Shown: piece after piece, positions 48,813 through 58,809 of the stretch
Numbering within the stretch: the stretch's first letter is position 1
How the letters are laid out: every line of letters begins with the position of its first letter
NCBI GenBank assembly: GCA_046758445.1
Contig: JBHIAE010000015.1
Span: 1-61,322 of the forward strand
Direction: 5' to 3'
Length of the DNA stretch: 61,322 bases
DNA from: Candidatus Thorarchaeota archaeon
GTDB taxonomy: Archaea; Asgardarchaeota; Thorarchaeia; Thorarchaeales; Thorarchaeaceae
Notes under the pieces: model-generated
Seen by the model: the letters and a program-made list of their open reading frames with translations, nothing else
What the model was told of the DNA's origin: nothing
The model's database searches: none
Position numbers and translations under genes: made by a program

Positions 48813-49799
48813 ATGATGGGCATATCGACTTCGAGAAGGAAACATATAGTGACGACATGCATAGTTCTAACACTGTTGATTCTCGGGAATCATCCTGTCT
48901 ACATTTCATCAACGACTCAGAAGTCCTTGAGCTTGACTGAATCTCTTGATGTCGAAAGCTACCTTGAATATCAGTTAAGCACTCACATTATGGTCCTATG
49001 GAACTACACACTTGACGAGGGAGTTATACACACCTACCCAGGCGAAGTCCTGTATTCAGAAACTGAAAGTGTTGTGGTCACCATCCGAATCGATGTGTTG
49101 GCTGAGCCCGCTCCCGGTACTTTCTCGGTTCTCATTGGCTTTCGTGCAGACACAGAGATTGGGTACAAGACGCGCCACTCTGTATTGGCGGACTATTCGC
49201 CACAATCAGGTGCCTGCACTATAATGAATGGTACCCTGGAAAACCAATCCGGAATCCTACGCCTATTCTCTGACGACAATTGGCCAGAGAATGATATTGT
49301 AGTATCGTCACTTGGTAACCTTCATGTTGGAGCTGAGTTGGCAAAGAACGATGATGTCAGGATGGTGATGGGTGAGGCTCAGGTGACAGCGAGCTATGAT
49401 TGTGACCATATGCATATTGTCGACGGTGTTGTCAGCCACAGTAGGAACTATGACAAAGACAGTCATGTTCTTGTTAAGGCTGGAGGCGGCATTGCTGACA
49501 TGATTCTGTTAGGGCTAGCCAACCTCTCCTACTGTGTTGGTGGTCTTGACTTGATAGACACAAATCTTGATCTAGGTCCCCCATTCGAAGAGTCCTTGAC
49601 ATCGCCCTTGTCTGTCCTTGGTCCTGTGTTCATAGGAGTCTTTGTAGTGTTCTATGCCCTATTCTATCGTGCGCAAAGAAAACGGCGGTCCACCAAGCAC
49701 ACTCCAAAGAAACTCAAGAGAAAGAATCAGTGGATATCTCTCCATTCAAGTGCAAGGTATAGTGTTTCCAAGGTCGTCATTGTACTCAAACAGGGGTGA
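48813..49799 (+). CDS. Membrane-anchored extracellular protein
   Basis: Signal/TM, beta-rich ectodomain, C-terminal TM followed by RKRR. Confidence 0.7.
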   Translation: MMGISTSRRKHIVTTCIVLTLLILGNHPVYISSTTQKSLSLTESLDVESYLEYQLSTHIMVLWNYTLDEGVIHTYPGEVLYSETESVVVTIRIDVLAEPAPGTFSVLIGFRADTEIGYKTRHSVLADYSPQSGACTIMNGTLENQSGILRLFSDDNWPENDIVVSSLGNLHVGAELAKNDDVRMVMGEAQVTASYDCDHMHIVDGVVSHSRNYDKDSHVLVKAGGGIADMILLGLANLSYCVGGLDLIDTNLDLGPPFEESLTSPLSVLGPVFIGVFVVFYALFYRAQRKRRSTKHTPKKLKRKNQWISLHSSARYSVSKVVIVLKQG

Positions 49800-49803
49800 C
49801 AGA

Positions 49804-50196
49804 TTGATACTACCACTATTGGTCGGACTTGGTCTTGCAAGGCTAGAGCGGAACAGAGGACCCGAATGGTCGTTGGGTGTTGCATTAGGACTAGTCATTG
49901 GTATTGTGTCAGGGCTTCAGGTGCTTCCACTTGCGTATCCACTGTATGCCGAAGTGGTTCGGTTTATACAAGGCAATCCGTCAATCTATGTCATCGAGGA
50001 GTACTTCCTAACAGCGGACACTGTCCTCTGGATGTTCGGGATAGAGGAGGTCTGGCTGTCTCCTGCGTTGTTCTTTCACTTCGTTCCACTCTGTGTTTTC
50101 CTGTCTGTCCTAGGTCAGGTCATTGGGCATCACCTATTCACAGTAGACCCTACAGAGCCTTGGCCTGAAGACGAACCAAATGAACAAGCGATGTAG
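49804..50196 (+). CDS. Small multi-pass membrane protein
   Basis: TTG start after GGGGTGA RBS, right after the upstream stop; about 3 TMs. Confidence 0.6.
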   Translation: MILPLLVGLGLARLERNRGPEWSLGVALGLVIGIVSGLQVLPLAYPLYAEVVRFIQGNPSIYVIEEYFLTADTVLWMFGIEEVWLSPALFFHFVPLCVFLSVLGQVIGHHLFTVDPTEPWPEDEPNEQAM

Positions 50197-50813
50197 CCTT
50201 ACCTTCGTCATGGACCGGCAGAATGGAGTCCTACCTCCGATCTCCTGCCTAGGTTGAACTGCCAAAGGGAATACATGGAGTGATGAGATGTGGTAAGCCT
50301 ATCAACTAATGCCGGCTATGATGCTGGAGAGAACTCACAGGTCAATGATGGCCCTAACCACTCGCGTTCTGCAGAGCTTTTTGAGCCCATGCCTCCCGGC
50401 ATCAGTGACAGTCCTGCGACAAAGCGAATTCTCAGGCGTTCCCTTGTATTGACCACCGAGGAGTTCGCCTCAATGGCCTTTGTAGAAACCTCCCCACTAG
50501 TTCTCTAATGTTTCGGGAGCGGTCCTCACTAATCATGTCCCGCACACCCTATATCAGCGACTTGACCTTTACCTCGTATTGCTAATTCAAAAACCTACCT
50601 GATGATGTTGGTGGAATCGATGAAGATGGTGGGAGTGTTGAAACCTCCCCTATTGACTCTCAGACTCAGCTCAGGGGTTTCGTGTAGCATCGACGACTGA
50701 GGATGAGTTGTCCATAGCCTCGTCCTACTTGCTGGCAAAGTGTTCGTCCAAAGATTGAATATGGTTCCATCTAAGTGAAGAAGAGAGTTTCAAGAGAGTC
50801 AGGCTGTGTTGCC

Positions 50814-50999
50814 CTATCTGCCTGAGCCGTGTGTAATCAGTCCCGCCAGACCCAAACACAACACACCATATCCCAGATTGATCTCGACAGCTACTGTAGG
50901 AAAGATCATAGACACCACGAGGGCGCCGAGTCCATTGCCAAGTCCGCCCAAGTACAGAAGTAGAATGATAATCTCCTTCAATTTTCGTTCTTCACCCAT
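50814..50999 (-). CDS. 61-aa two-TM membrane protein
   Basis: GGTGA RBS before the ATG; two hydrophobic helices. Confidence 0.5.
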   Translation of the reverse strand: MGEERKLKEIIILLLYLGGLGNGLGALVVSMIFPTVAVEINLGYGVLCLGLAGLITHGSGR

Positions 51000-51271
51000 G
51001 GGAACTCACCATTGCGTTGGTCTGTGTCGTTGCATAAGTGACCTTCGTATTTGCCTAGTCCATCTCTACGATGACCGATGTCTGTGATACACACTGCCAT
51101 CTTGTATCAACTCGCAAGGAGTCCTAAGACCATGAGTTCGCTTCTCTCTCTGGTCTGCATGGCAAGCGCGGGGGGAAGACTCTAGCCAGCCATTGGCCGG
51201 ACGCCGATGCAGTGAAAGCGTTCTGAAGGCCCGCGGAAACCAGATAGGCACAAACGACAGATTATTGATAC

Positions 51272-51538
51272 ATGTGGAAGTATTTCGGCAACTTCAGAGA
51301 GAGGATTGAGGGGCATTCAGTGTATGATGTTGAGCAATACTGGTTAAGAAGAGCAAGACGGACCCTTGGATTGATTCTGATTGCGATTGCGTCAATGGTT
51401 TCATGGTTCGCTCACGTGTTTCTAGGCTGGACCCTGCTTCAGTCGGCACTCCTTATGGTGATGGACATCATTTGGTCTTCATGCTTACGTAGCCAACGCC
51501 TGGGGGACCTTCCACGTGAAAGGTCTGTTCTCGATTAA
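51272..51538 (+). CDS. Small two-TM membrane protein
   Basis: RRARR followed by two hydrophobic segments; TTTATT about 10 nt upstream. Confidence 0.45.
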   Translation: MWKYFGNFRERIEGHSVYDVEQYWLRRARRTLGLILIAIASMVSWFAHVFLGWTLLQSALLMVMDIIWSSCLRSQRLGDLPRERSVLD

Positions 51539-51648
51539 TCAGGATCCCTGCTTTTCTCCAATTGTGAAGGGCGGCGCATTGGTCTCGATATGGCCATCTC
51601 CGAGGACGCCACGACCTTTACCTTCTCTGATCGTGAGCAGAGAGATTA

Positions 51649-52157
51649 CTATTCCCAAGGGGTAGTAGGCAGAATCATTGACCGCCTCCACATCAGGATT
51701 AGACCCACTGCAATAAGAATGGGGACTGGAATAATAGTGGGAAGTAATGTTGGAGCTGGCGATGACAGATTAACCAGAAAGAGTGATGCCATGACCAATG
51801 AAACTGGCATCTCGCTAAAGACTCCCACTAGAACTGTGATCATACGAGAAGTCTTCTCTTGATAGTATCTGAGCATTTGATACGCGAATAAGAGACGTGG
51901 AAGGGAAACTGGCATGGAAAAGAGCCACTCCTCAGATGTGAAGAGCCTAAGCCGGTGTTATAGCTGGATTCTTGGTACATCCATGCGACGGCGGCAACCG
52001 TCATATCGGTGTCTGGTCCTGTTCCACTGATCTGAACAATGTAAGGCATTATGACAGCAATAACGCCCATGATACACCCAACAAGACGCGGTGTCAATAC
52101 TGATGGGCTTGGAGCTCCCTTTGAATATGACACAGTCGGCATGTCAGTAGATCCCAT
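51649..52157 (-). pseudogene. Frameshifted 4-TM 'YQMxRYY' family gene (copy A)
   Basis: Two overlapping ORFs. Adding one base near 51949 restores G-x-RLFTSEEWLFSMPVSLPRLLFAYQMLRYY. Confidence 0.7.
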
Positions 52158-52263
52158 CCTACTGCTTGACTCCTTGATAATAACGCTCGTTCGGATTTGA
52201 AAGTTTCAGTTGGGTTCTTCTTTATTCTGGCGCGGAAGTAGTATGCTGTTCTTATGGCAAAGG

Positions 52264-52290
52264 GGCATGGTCATGTGCAATGACCATGCC
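52264..52290. terminator. Perfect 11-bp hairpin
   Basis: ggcatggtcat-gtgca-atgaccatgcc. Confidence 0.55.
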
Positions 52291-52546
52291 TGGTTCACTC
52301 AAGCCAGTTTGTCTTGCCTGATGAGGGACATGATCGGGTCCGCCTGACACACCTGCGAGATGTGACCCGCCTTGTCTTCAACACCAAGGAAGAACACATT
52401 CACACCGCCACACATAGGACAGCAGTGAGGTGATGGACTGGCGGTCACTCCTGCGAATCAAGTTGTCCTGAGGGTGTTCCACGGATGACATCTTGTACAG
52501 AGAGTCAGCTGTGTGGGTGTCTTTTGTGTCTGCCGTTTTCCGATGA

Positions 52547-53539
52547 CTAGGTGCTTTCGATGAAGGTCGTATTGATGAAACTATCAAGGAACGTGCCAAT
52601 GTCGCTGGGGACCCTATCAGGAAGAAGTAGCCCCTGGTCTATCAGGAATGACAGGTATCTCTCGATTCCAGTGCGGTTGACATTATAGTCATAGATGATA
52701 CGATTGAAAGCCGTTTCCACAGCAGAAACAGCATCCTCCATCTCCAACCATGTAGCTGCAATCTGGATGGCCTCCGTTGGGTTGTTGACTATCCACTCCT
52801 CGGCACGCTTGTGTATGTCTACGACCTGCTGAACGATTTCAAGACTTGACTCGAGGAAAGCGTTTGAAGAGGCTACGACACAACAGGGATGTCGAGGCCA
52901 TATCTCACCCGAGAGAACAAGTGGAACTGCGAGATTATCAGACTCTGCACGTGCGTTGAACGGCTCCCAAGCAATGAACGCCGGAGCATCCTCTGATAGA
53001 GACTCTGCCATGAACGAGGGGGAGGTAGAGTATGCAATGATGTCTGACCAAGCTAGCCCAGATTGATTCAATGCCAAGCGCAAAAGGAAGTTTTGAACGG
53101 TAGAGGGGCCAGGCTGATACACACCCTTTCCAGAGAGGTTTGCCACGCTAGTTATCACACCGGCGTCATAGTCAGCCGTGCGAACCATAATTGCAGAACC
53201 CTCGAGATTGGCCGCAGCAACGACCGTGACCATGATATCCTGGTTAATCCGCTTTGTAAGCGCGGGGGCTGCACCAAGATATCCCATGTCAATCTGACCG
53301 CCAAGGAACCCGTCCATCTCTAATGCACCATTCCGAAAGGGAACGAGTTCGACATTGAGGCCTGCCTCTTCGTACCACCCGTTAACATATGCTACCCGAA
53401 ATGCAAGTTGATGGAGATCTTTTTCGAGATATCCAATCCTCACATCAGACAATGTCGTGGGATACCAGACTGCCACAAGTACAACCGATGACAGAACCAC
53501 TATCACGACGGCCGCAGCAATTGGCCTATTCTTGTCCAT
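52547..53539 (-). CDS. NitT/TauT (SsuA/NMT1-like) ABC substrate-binding protein
   Basis: N-terminal anchor, RIGYL..DLHQ, IDMGYLGAAPA, FIAWEPF and HPCC motifs. Confidence 0.88.
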   Translation of the reverse strand: MDKNRPIAAAVVIVVLSSVVLVAVWYPTTLSDVRIGYLEKDLHQLAFRVAYVNGWYEEAGLNVELVPFRNGALEMDGFLGGQIDMGYLGAAPALTKRINQDIMVTVVAAANLEGSAIMVRTADYDAGVITSVANLSGKGVYQPGPSTVQNFLLRLALNQSGLAWSDIIAYSTSPSFMAESLSEDAPAFIAWEPFNARAESDNLAVPLVLSGEIWPRHPCCVVASSNAFLESSLEIVQQVVDIHKRAEEWIVNNPTEAIQIAATWLEMEDAVSAVETAFNRIIYDYNVNRTGIERYLSFLIDQGLLLPDRVPSDIGTFLDSFINTTFIEST

Positions 53540-53654
53540 TCTAAGTTGTCTCCTCTCTCAAGAGGTCATATAATGGAAGTGAATCCTAGACTCATATGAG
53601 CGTTGGGTTATGTCCACGTCCATTCAGTAAGTTGATTAGACAGCCCTAGGTAGT

Positions 53655-53936
53655 ATGTTATTCATGTCGCTCCAGAAACGCATCCCTGACCAGCTAAGAC
53701 TCCAGGAAGAAACGATTTCCGCCAGGAAGGACGAAGAAGTTGGAGTGTTTCCGACGAGCGACTACGTTCTCCTGGAAATCTCGAACAAAGTGGGGAAGAT
53801 CCACATCTCAAGGATAGCGGCCGCCATTCGGGATCTAGTGAAGAGCGATCGCAGGATGGTTGCGATAAGAGGGTACGGCTTCAAGGGAGTGGGCCTGTCT
53901 GTTGGAATTGCTCACGAACTCAATAGAGAATCGTAG
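53655..53936 (+). CDS. Hypothetical protein, possible truncated Alba/SpoVS-like fold
   Basis: beta-alpha-beta-alpha pattern SRIAAAIRDLV...VAIRGYGFKGVGLSVGIAHEL; ends abruptly. Confidence 0.4.
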   Translation: MLFMSLQKRIPDQLRLQEETISARKDEEVGVFPTSDYVLLEISNKVGKIHISRIAAAIRDLVKSDRRMVAIRGYGFKGVGLSVGIAHELNRES

Positions 53937-54116
53937 GCTATTCTGCCGCCATCCCCAGACAGAATGACACGATAAACTCTTTCGGTGCCTTCATACAGAC
54001 CTTGAAACCTGCCTGTTCATCTCAGAGGATCTCCCAAAGTCTGCCATGATGAGTCCAGAAGTGAGTCCTTCACGTAACCGACATATTGGCCAGAAGCGTA
54101 AGCAACCGATTTCGAA

Positions 54117-54443
54117 TTGAACACCTCCCCATATGAAGTCCTAGTCCATCATCTTGAGGATAGCAACTTCCTGGGGGTGTTCAAATTCCGACGCGAGGAC
54201 ACACATGTGATGACGTTGGTAGGAAACGGTGACGACGTACGGACCGCTGTCCGGGATGCACTCATCAGGACATTTGAGGACATCCTGAACGACCTCATGG
54301 AGAAGTACGGAGAGCACCGAACAGAATGCCCGGAGTGCCCGGTGATCACAATCCTCTCTGAGTTCATAGTCAAGCTCAGAAGGGCAGGTCTCCAGGAAGA
54401 GGCAGAGATCGTTCGTGCCGTGCGGGAGCGGTACAATATCTAA
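54117..54443 (+). CDS. Small hypothetical protein with HxxECPEC motif
   Basis: Helical protein-like composition; converges on and overlaps the wHTH stop. Start uncertain. Confidence 0.4.
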   Translation: MNTSPYEVLVHHLEDSNFLGVFKFRREDTHVMTLVGNGDDVRTAVRDALIRTFEDILNDLMEKYGEHRTECPECPVITILSEFIVKLRRAGLQEEAEIVRAVRERYNI

Positions 54444-54766
54444 GATTGTGCCTTCTCTGCAAGGGCGTCAGCGACCTGTTTCAGCATTTCGGCCACACGC
54501 CGACCCAATGGAGTGAGAAACACATACAAACGTGGTCTGGGTCCTGCCCCTTTACGTTCCTCTTCATCAATAAGGCCGACTCCCCTCTCACTCCCGAGCA
54601 AGTTTCTAAGCGTTCTGAGTCCGTCCTGTGTTGCTACACCATCAGGGTTGACCGCACTTCTGAGGAGTCGTGTGATGAACTCATCTCGATCCAGAAGTCT
54701 CAGGAGCAAGGCCGATGCTCCCGGTTGCTCCAACCAACTCAGTCTGTGGTCTGTCATCAAATTCAC
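54440..54766 (-). CDS. Small winged-helix (MarR/PadR-like) DNA-binding protein
   Basis: GLIDEEE...PRLYVFLTPLGRRVAEML wing and terminal helix; divergent from the secreted gene at 55143. Confidence 0.7.
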   Translation of the reverse strand: MNLMTDHRLSWLEQPGASALLLRLLDRDEFITRLLRSAVNPDGVATQDGLRTLRNLLGSERGVGLIDEEERKGAGPRPRLYVFLTPLGRRVAEMLKQVADALAEKAQS

Positions 54767-54823
54767 TGTCGTACTCGCATATTGTCAGATATGCGTCTTC
54801 AGGCCCATCTAATAATCTTTGTC

Positions 54824-54852
54824 AAACTTACCGCCATACGGTATGTTTAAAT
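54824..54852. promoter_or_regulatory. Imperfect palindrome overlapping a TATA box between divergent genes
   Basis: AAAC-T-TACCG-CCATA-CGGTA-T-GTTT running into TTTAAAT. Confidence 0.5.
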
Positions 54853-55142
54853 AGTACTGCTTCTCACCAAGTATGCAAATATAGCGTTCGAAAGTTGATT
54901 GGTGACAATAGATGTGGCGGGGTATAAAGATACCAAGGCGTCTGAGTGTCCCGAGGTGGCAAGTTCTCTTGCTGAAGTGAGAGCGCAACTCCAACGATAC
55001 TGGGAGCATCGAGTCCCCAATCTCTGACCGAGGCAAATCCTCCAAAACTGCGTCTTGCATGGTCGTGCAATTCCCTGTCTTGAACAGGCTGACTCGGCAG
55101 GCAGGTGTGTGGGGAACATAATGTAAAAGGAGAAATGTACAG

Positions 55143-55586
55143 GTGGAGTTCTCAAGAAGAACGATTCTCCTTGGAATGGTGCTGACAATGATTGTCTTAG
55201 TTGCGGGCAGTGCCACGCCTGCGGCCGCACTGACAAAGACTGAGCGGACTGAGCTAAGAGATTGGAGAGGCACCTTCATTGTCACCGTGACGGGGTGTTA
55301 CACCCAGGGACAACAATACTTCTACGAGGTCGCACATTCTCAATACGTCAGATTGAATCCTGGTTTCTATTGGGGAAGTGTGTCCTGGGGAGCCAAGGGG
55401 TGGGATCTATCTGGTTTGCTTTATGACGAAGAGTTCACTCTCAGTACGACTTACTGGGTCTATCAGGACGAGAATGTCGATGACAAAGCCACTACTTGGC
55501 TCTATGGTATCGTAAAGAGATTTGGAATGCCGGCGGGTGGCCCAGTCGACATAGAAACCACAGTCCATGCTGAACCTCCATGGTAA
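55143..55586 (+). CDS. Secreted Trp/Tyr-rich small beta protein
   Basis: Signal peptide ending P-A-A-A, predicted 118-aa mature part, AAGGAG RBS. Confidence 0.72.
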   Translation: MEFSRRTILLGMVLTMIVLVAGSATPAAALTKTERTELRDWRGTFIVTVTGCYTQGQQYFYEVAHSQYVRLNPGFYWGSVSWGAKGWDLSGLLYDEEFTLSTTYWVYQDENVDDKATTWLYGIVKRFGMPAGGPVDIETTVHAEPPW

Positions 55587-55610
55587 TATGACGTCTGGAA
55601 GAATCGTTAT

Positions 55611-55646
55611 GGCCAGAATCCATCATGGATTCTGGCCCATTTGTTT
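55611..55646 (+). terminator. Hairpin with T-rich tail
   Basis: ggccagaatccat-c-atggattctggcc followed by catttgttt. Confidence 0.65.
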
Positions 55647-55776
55647 CCCACACATTCAAGGAGAGTAATGGAGAACTAACACTGAGGGAAAGTTTCGAAG
55701 AGTATTTACGCTTACATCTCCATGGTGCTATGTGTTGAGGTCTTAACCAAGGGTCACTTACAGAGGGGTCAACTTA

Positions 55777-57279
55777 ATGAGAAGGGTCGCCATCATAGTT
55801 CTTGTAGCTTTCGTGATACTTTGTCAAGTGCCGACCGCCAGAGCAAACTTCACCTTGGTCATCCCGCCGGGAGGCTATGAAACAATCACGTGGAATACGG
55901 AAGGAGAACCGGGTCGGGGGCTCTATGGGCACTTCGAGGTCATAAACGGCTCAGATATCACATTCTTCATCAGTGACGAAGCTGCGTTCAATGACTGGAA
56001 GGACGGTCGTTCTATCCAGGCCTATGAGGTCATGGAGGACGTCACCAGTGGGGACTATGAGTATCTGGCAGGGGGCGGCACGACATGGTATCTCGTCTTC
56101 GACAACACAGACGAGGTTTCCACAACACAGACGGTAGAGGTAAACACTCAGATTGACATAACTGCACCTGCCTTAGAATGCAGCGTCAAGAACAACGACG
56201 TGCTGTCAGGGACACAAGAGATCACAATCACCGCTACTGACAGATTCAAGGTCCTTTACGTAGAGTACACGATAGCCGCCTCAAGCTATCCAACTTCGTT
56301 CAATCCAATCACGAACAGCGTGGGAGGCAACTCCATTTCGATCAAGCTTGACACAAAACAGATGGAGAATGGCAGTTACTTCATCTCGATAAGAGCGTAT
56401 GATGTTTCATATAACGAGCGACGAATGGTCGTTAATTTCAGAGTGGAGAATGAGTATGACCCCTCACTTGGCACGTTGGGGGTTCTCACGAATCCGCTTG
56501 TTATGGCCTCTGTTCTACTTGGTGTTGTGAGTCTGGGAGTCGTTCTCAGGAGAAGACGGCGTTTCATCAGTGAAACCGACGTGGAGCATGTGCCTGAATC
56601 AACCAATGGACTAGAACCCACTCCCTCACAGGAGTCACGAGTTGAGGAAGATGCTCTCGAAGAAGCGCCTGTGATCGAGGAAGTCGACAAGCTGGGCATT
56701 GGTGAAGTCCCAGTCGACCTCAGAGTGGTCGCGTTCATCATCGGTGCACTTGCTCTCTTTGCGCCCTATGCCTTGTTGATTGAAACATTCGAATGGAGCA
56801 CGACGATAGTATCTATGACATGGACGTCAATTCAAGGCTACAACATGCGGTTATTTTATTTCCACAATCCATTCATGTTGATTGGAGAGTTTCCAGCCGC
56901 GGTCTGGAGAGTGGTTTTTGTCTACCAGATGGTTCGTTACTACCTGGGGAGAAGCACGCGGAGAATGACGATTCTGGCGGGGATATTAGCTGAGATGCCC
57001 ATGCTAGCGTACATGTATTGGTGGACCCTATATGCCGCGTCAATCGGCCAGGGCCCCTATCTAACCATTCCCACTCCGTTGATGGTCGTGGCAGCCCTAG
57101 CATTCCTGTGGATGATACCCTACCCTGTGCCGAAGACCCCATTCGATGACCAAGCTGTACTAGACAAGTGGTGGGAGCAGGAAACCGATTCTGAAGGCAT
57201 GGCACCGAAAGAAGCCGTCGCGGAAGAACGCTCACAAGATGACACAGCACGTGTGATGGAAGAGGATGGAGTCGAGTAG
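55777..57279 (+). CDS. GOLD(emp24)-like + Ig-like + TM + acidic linker + 4-TM 'YQMVRYY' domain (copy B)
   Basis: FEVINGSDITFFI...WYLVFDNT GOLD-like motif; DITAP...AYD Ig domain; TM with RRRRR; C-terminal 4-TM domain. Confidence 0.75.
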   Translation: MRRVAIIVLVAFVILCQVPTARANFTLVIPPGGYETITWNTEGEPGRGLYGHFEVINGSDITFFISDEAAFNDWKDGRSIQAYEVMEDVTSGDYEYLAGGGTTWYLVFDNTDEVSTTQTVEVNTQIDITAPALECSVKNNDVLSGTQEITITATDRFKVLYVEYTIAASSYPTSFNPITNSVGGNSISIKLDTKQMENGSYFISIRAYDVSYNERRMVVNFRVENEYDPSLGTLGVLTNPLVMASVLLGVVSLGVVLRRRRRFISETDVEHVPESTNGLEPTPSQESRVEEDALEEAPVIEEVDKLGIGEVPVDLRVVAFIIGALALFAPYALLIETFEWSTTIVSMTWTSIQGYNMRLFYFHNPFMLIGEFPAAVWRVVFVYQMVRYYLGRSTRRMTILAGILAEMPMLAYMYWWTLYAASIGQGPYLTIPTPLMVVAALAFLWMIPYPVPKTPFDDQAVLDKWWEQETDSEGMAPKEAVAEERSQDDTARVMEEDGVE

Positions 57280-57979
57280 TCTGTCACATAGAAGCACACA
57301 GTCAGGCTCAGATGAAAGCCCAGTTGACCTCAGAGTAGTCTGTGTCATCATAGGAGGATTTGCTTTTTTCGCGCCCATAATGGTCTATGTAGGACCAAGG
57401 TTCGGATTGATGACAATATTCGGCATGACATGGAGGTTCGACCGGAGCTGGGTCAGTTCTTCTTGGATGGTCATGGACCCCATACACGTCATTGCGCCTC
57501 TTCCCTTCACTGTGTGGCGACTTGTGTTTGTCTATCAGATGGTTCGATACTATCGAGAGAGAGGTACGCTACTTGGAACAGTCCTGCTGGGTGTCTTTGC
57601 TGAAACGTCCCTGCTGTTGGCGGAGTACATCATGCGAGTCTTTTCGCCGCCGACTATGAGCCTTTGGGATCCAGGGCTGACCTTTCCAACTCCCTTGATG
57701 CTCGTGGTAGCGTCGGCCTTCCTCTGGTTGAATCCCCTTCCTGTGCCGAAGACCCCATTTGGTGACCAAGCTATGCCAGACCGGTGGCGGGATCGAAACA
57801 CAGACTCTGAGGGCAGAGCACCAATCGAGTCACTGAGAGAGAATGGCAGTGCAGATATGAAAGGCGGAATTAAGTGTCCCATGTGTGGAAATGAGGAGAT
57901 TAGAAGGGGGATGCTGCCTGGCATATTAGGTGTTAGAGCACAGCTTGTTTATTTGTGCAAGAAATGTGGACAACGATGA
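57266..57979 (+). CDS. 4-TM 'YQMVRYY' domain (copy C) + C-terminal Zn ribbon
   Basis: Aligns by eye to the C-terminus of the upstream protein; CPMC...CKKC. Confidence 0.75.
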   Translation: MESSSLSHRSTQSGSDESPVDLRVVCVIIGGFAFFAPIMVYVGPRFGLMTIFGMTWRFDRSWVSSSWMVMDPIHVIAPLPFTVWRLVFVYQMVRYYRERGTLLGTVLLGVFAETSLLLAEYIMRVFSPPTMSLWDPGLTFPTPLMLVVASAFLWLNPLPVPKTPFGDQAMPDRWRDRNTDSEGRAPIESLRENGSADMKGGIKCPMCGNEEIRRGMLPGILGVRAQLVYLCKKCGQR

Positions 57980-58116
57980 GCAGGATAGACTGAACAGGGA
58001 GTGGGTTGTCTATTCCTGTCGAGGGTGTGGAAATCGTTGGGAGGGATGACTGCCGCAGATAATGCTGGAGATGAAAGTCGACAGACCGACGGCCCCCCTG
58101 GTCATAGCTCGCTATA

Positions 58117-58635
58117 TTACCCTGTCCTTTCCCCCCTTAATGAGGTCAATGAGGGGAGTCCGTTCCATGGAGAAGTAAGCTCAGGCACGGGCCTTAGCAA
58201 CACGATGGCCGCTCCGGCGAACAGGAGCAGTGGTGTAGGAACTGACAAGTATAACCAGAGCAGGGATGGAAATAGGAGCGCAATCACCATCAGTGAGAAC
58301 ATAAGAAGTCCCGGGCCCTCGGACATTATTCCCAGAACGAGAGTTCGCCTTCTCGTAGTCGCGCCCTGGTAGTACTTGTACACTTGGTATACGTAGGCAC
58401 ACCTGAAGATCAGGACCGGCATCATGAAAATGCTTGAAAGTGGGTCAAGTATCCCAAAGTACACCTCATCGCGAAACTGTATGTACCTCCATGTGAGCGC
58501 CAAGAGATTGATGGCCGTTCCCGAGAAATAGCAAAGCATAGGCGCGAATAGTGCCAGCGCAGACAGAACAATGACCACTACCCTTCTATTTACAACACTA
58601 TGGTATTCAGTTGAGGTGTCATCTGTTCTGACCAT
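58117..58635 (-). CDS. Stand-alone 4-TM family protein (copy D)
   Basis: RVV..LALFAP, TW, YVYQVYKYY, TRRRT, EGP and PTPLL motifs; GGAGG RBS. Confidence 0.75.
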   Translation of the reverse strand: MVRTDDTSTEYHSVVNRRVVVIVLSALALFAPMLCYFSGTAINLLALTWRYIQFRDEVYFGILDPLSSIFMMPVLIFRCAYVYQVYKYYQGATTRRRTLVLGIMSEGPGLLMFSLMVIALLFPSLLWLYLSVPTPLLLFAGAAIVLLRPVPELTSPWNGLPSLTSLRGERTG

Positions 58636-58809
58636 CTAGAAGTTTCCTCCATAAGGACCTAAATCGGCACCTGCCGTGTTGAGGGGCGATGTTTGGTGGA
58701 CTCTTGAAGCGAGGACTTCCTTCTGGCCTCGACGACACACTTGCATGAAACCTCTCACAACGACCCTTGTACGTTGCACGACTTGTTCGAAGTCTTCTAC
58801 CATGATTCA

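Noticed and set aside
56700-57800. Diversity-generating retroelement TR/VR pair
   Set aside because: No reverse transcriptase is present, and differences between copies include indels and are not adenine-specific.
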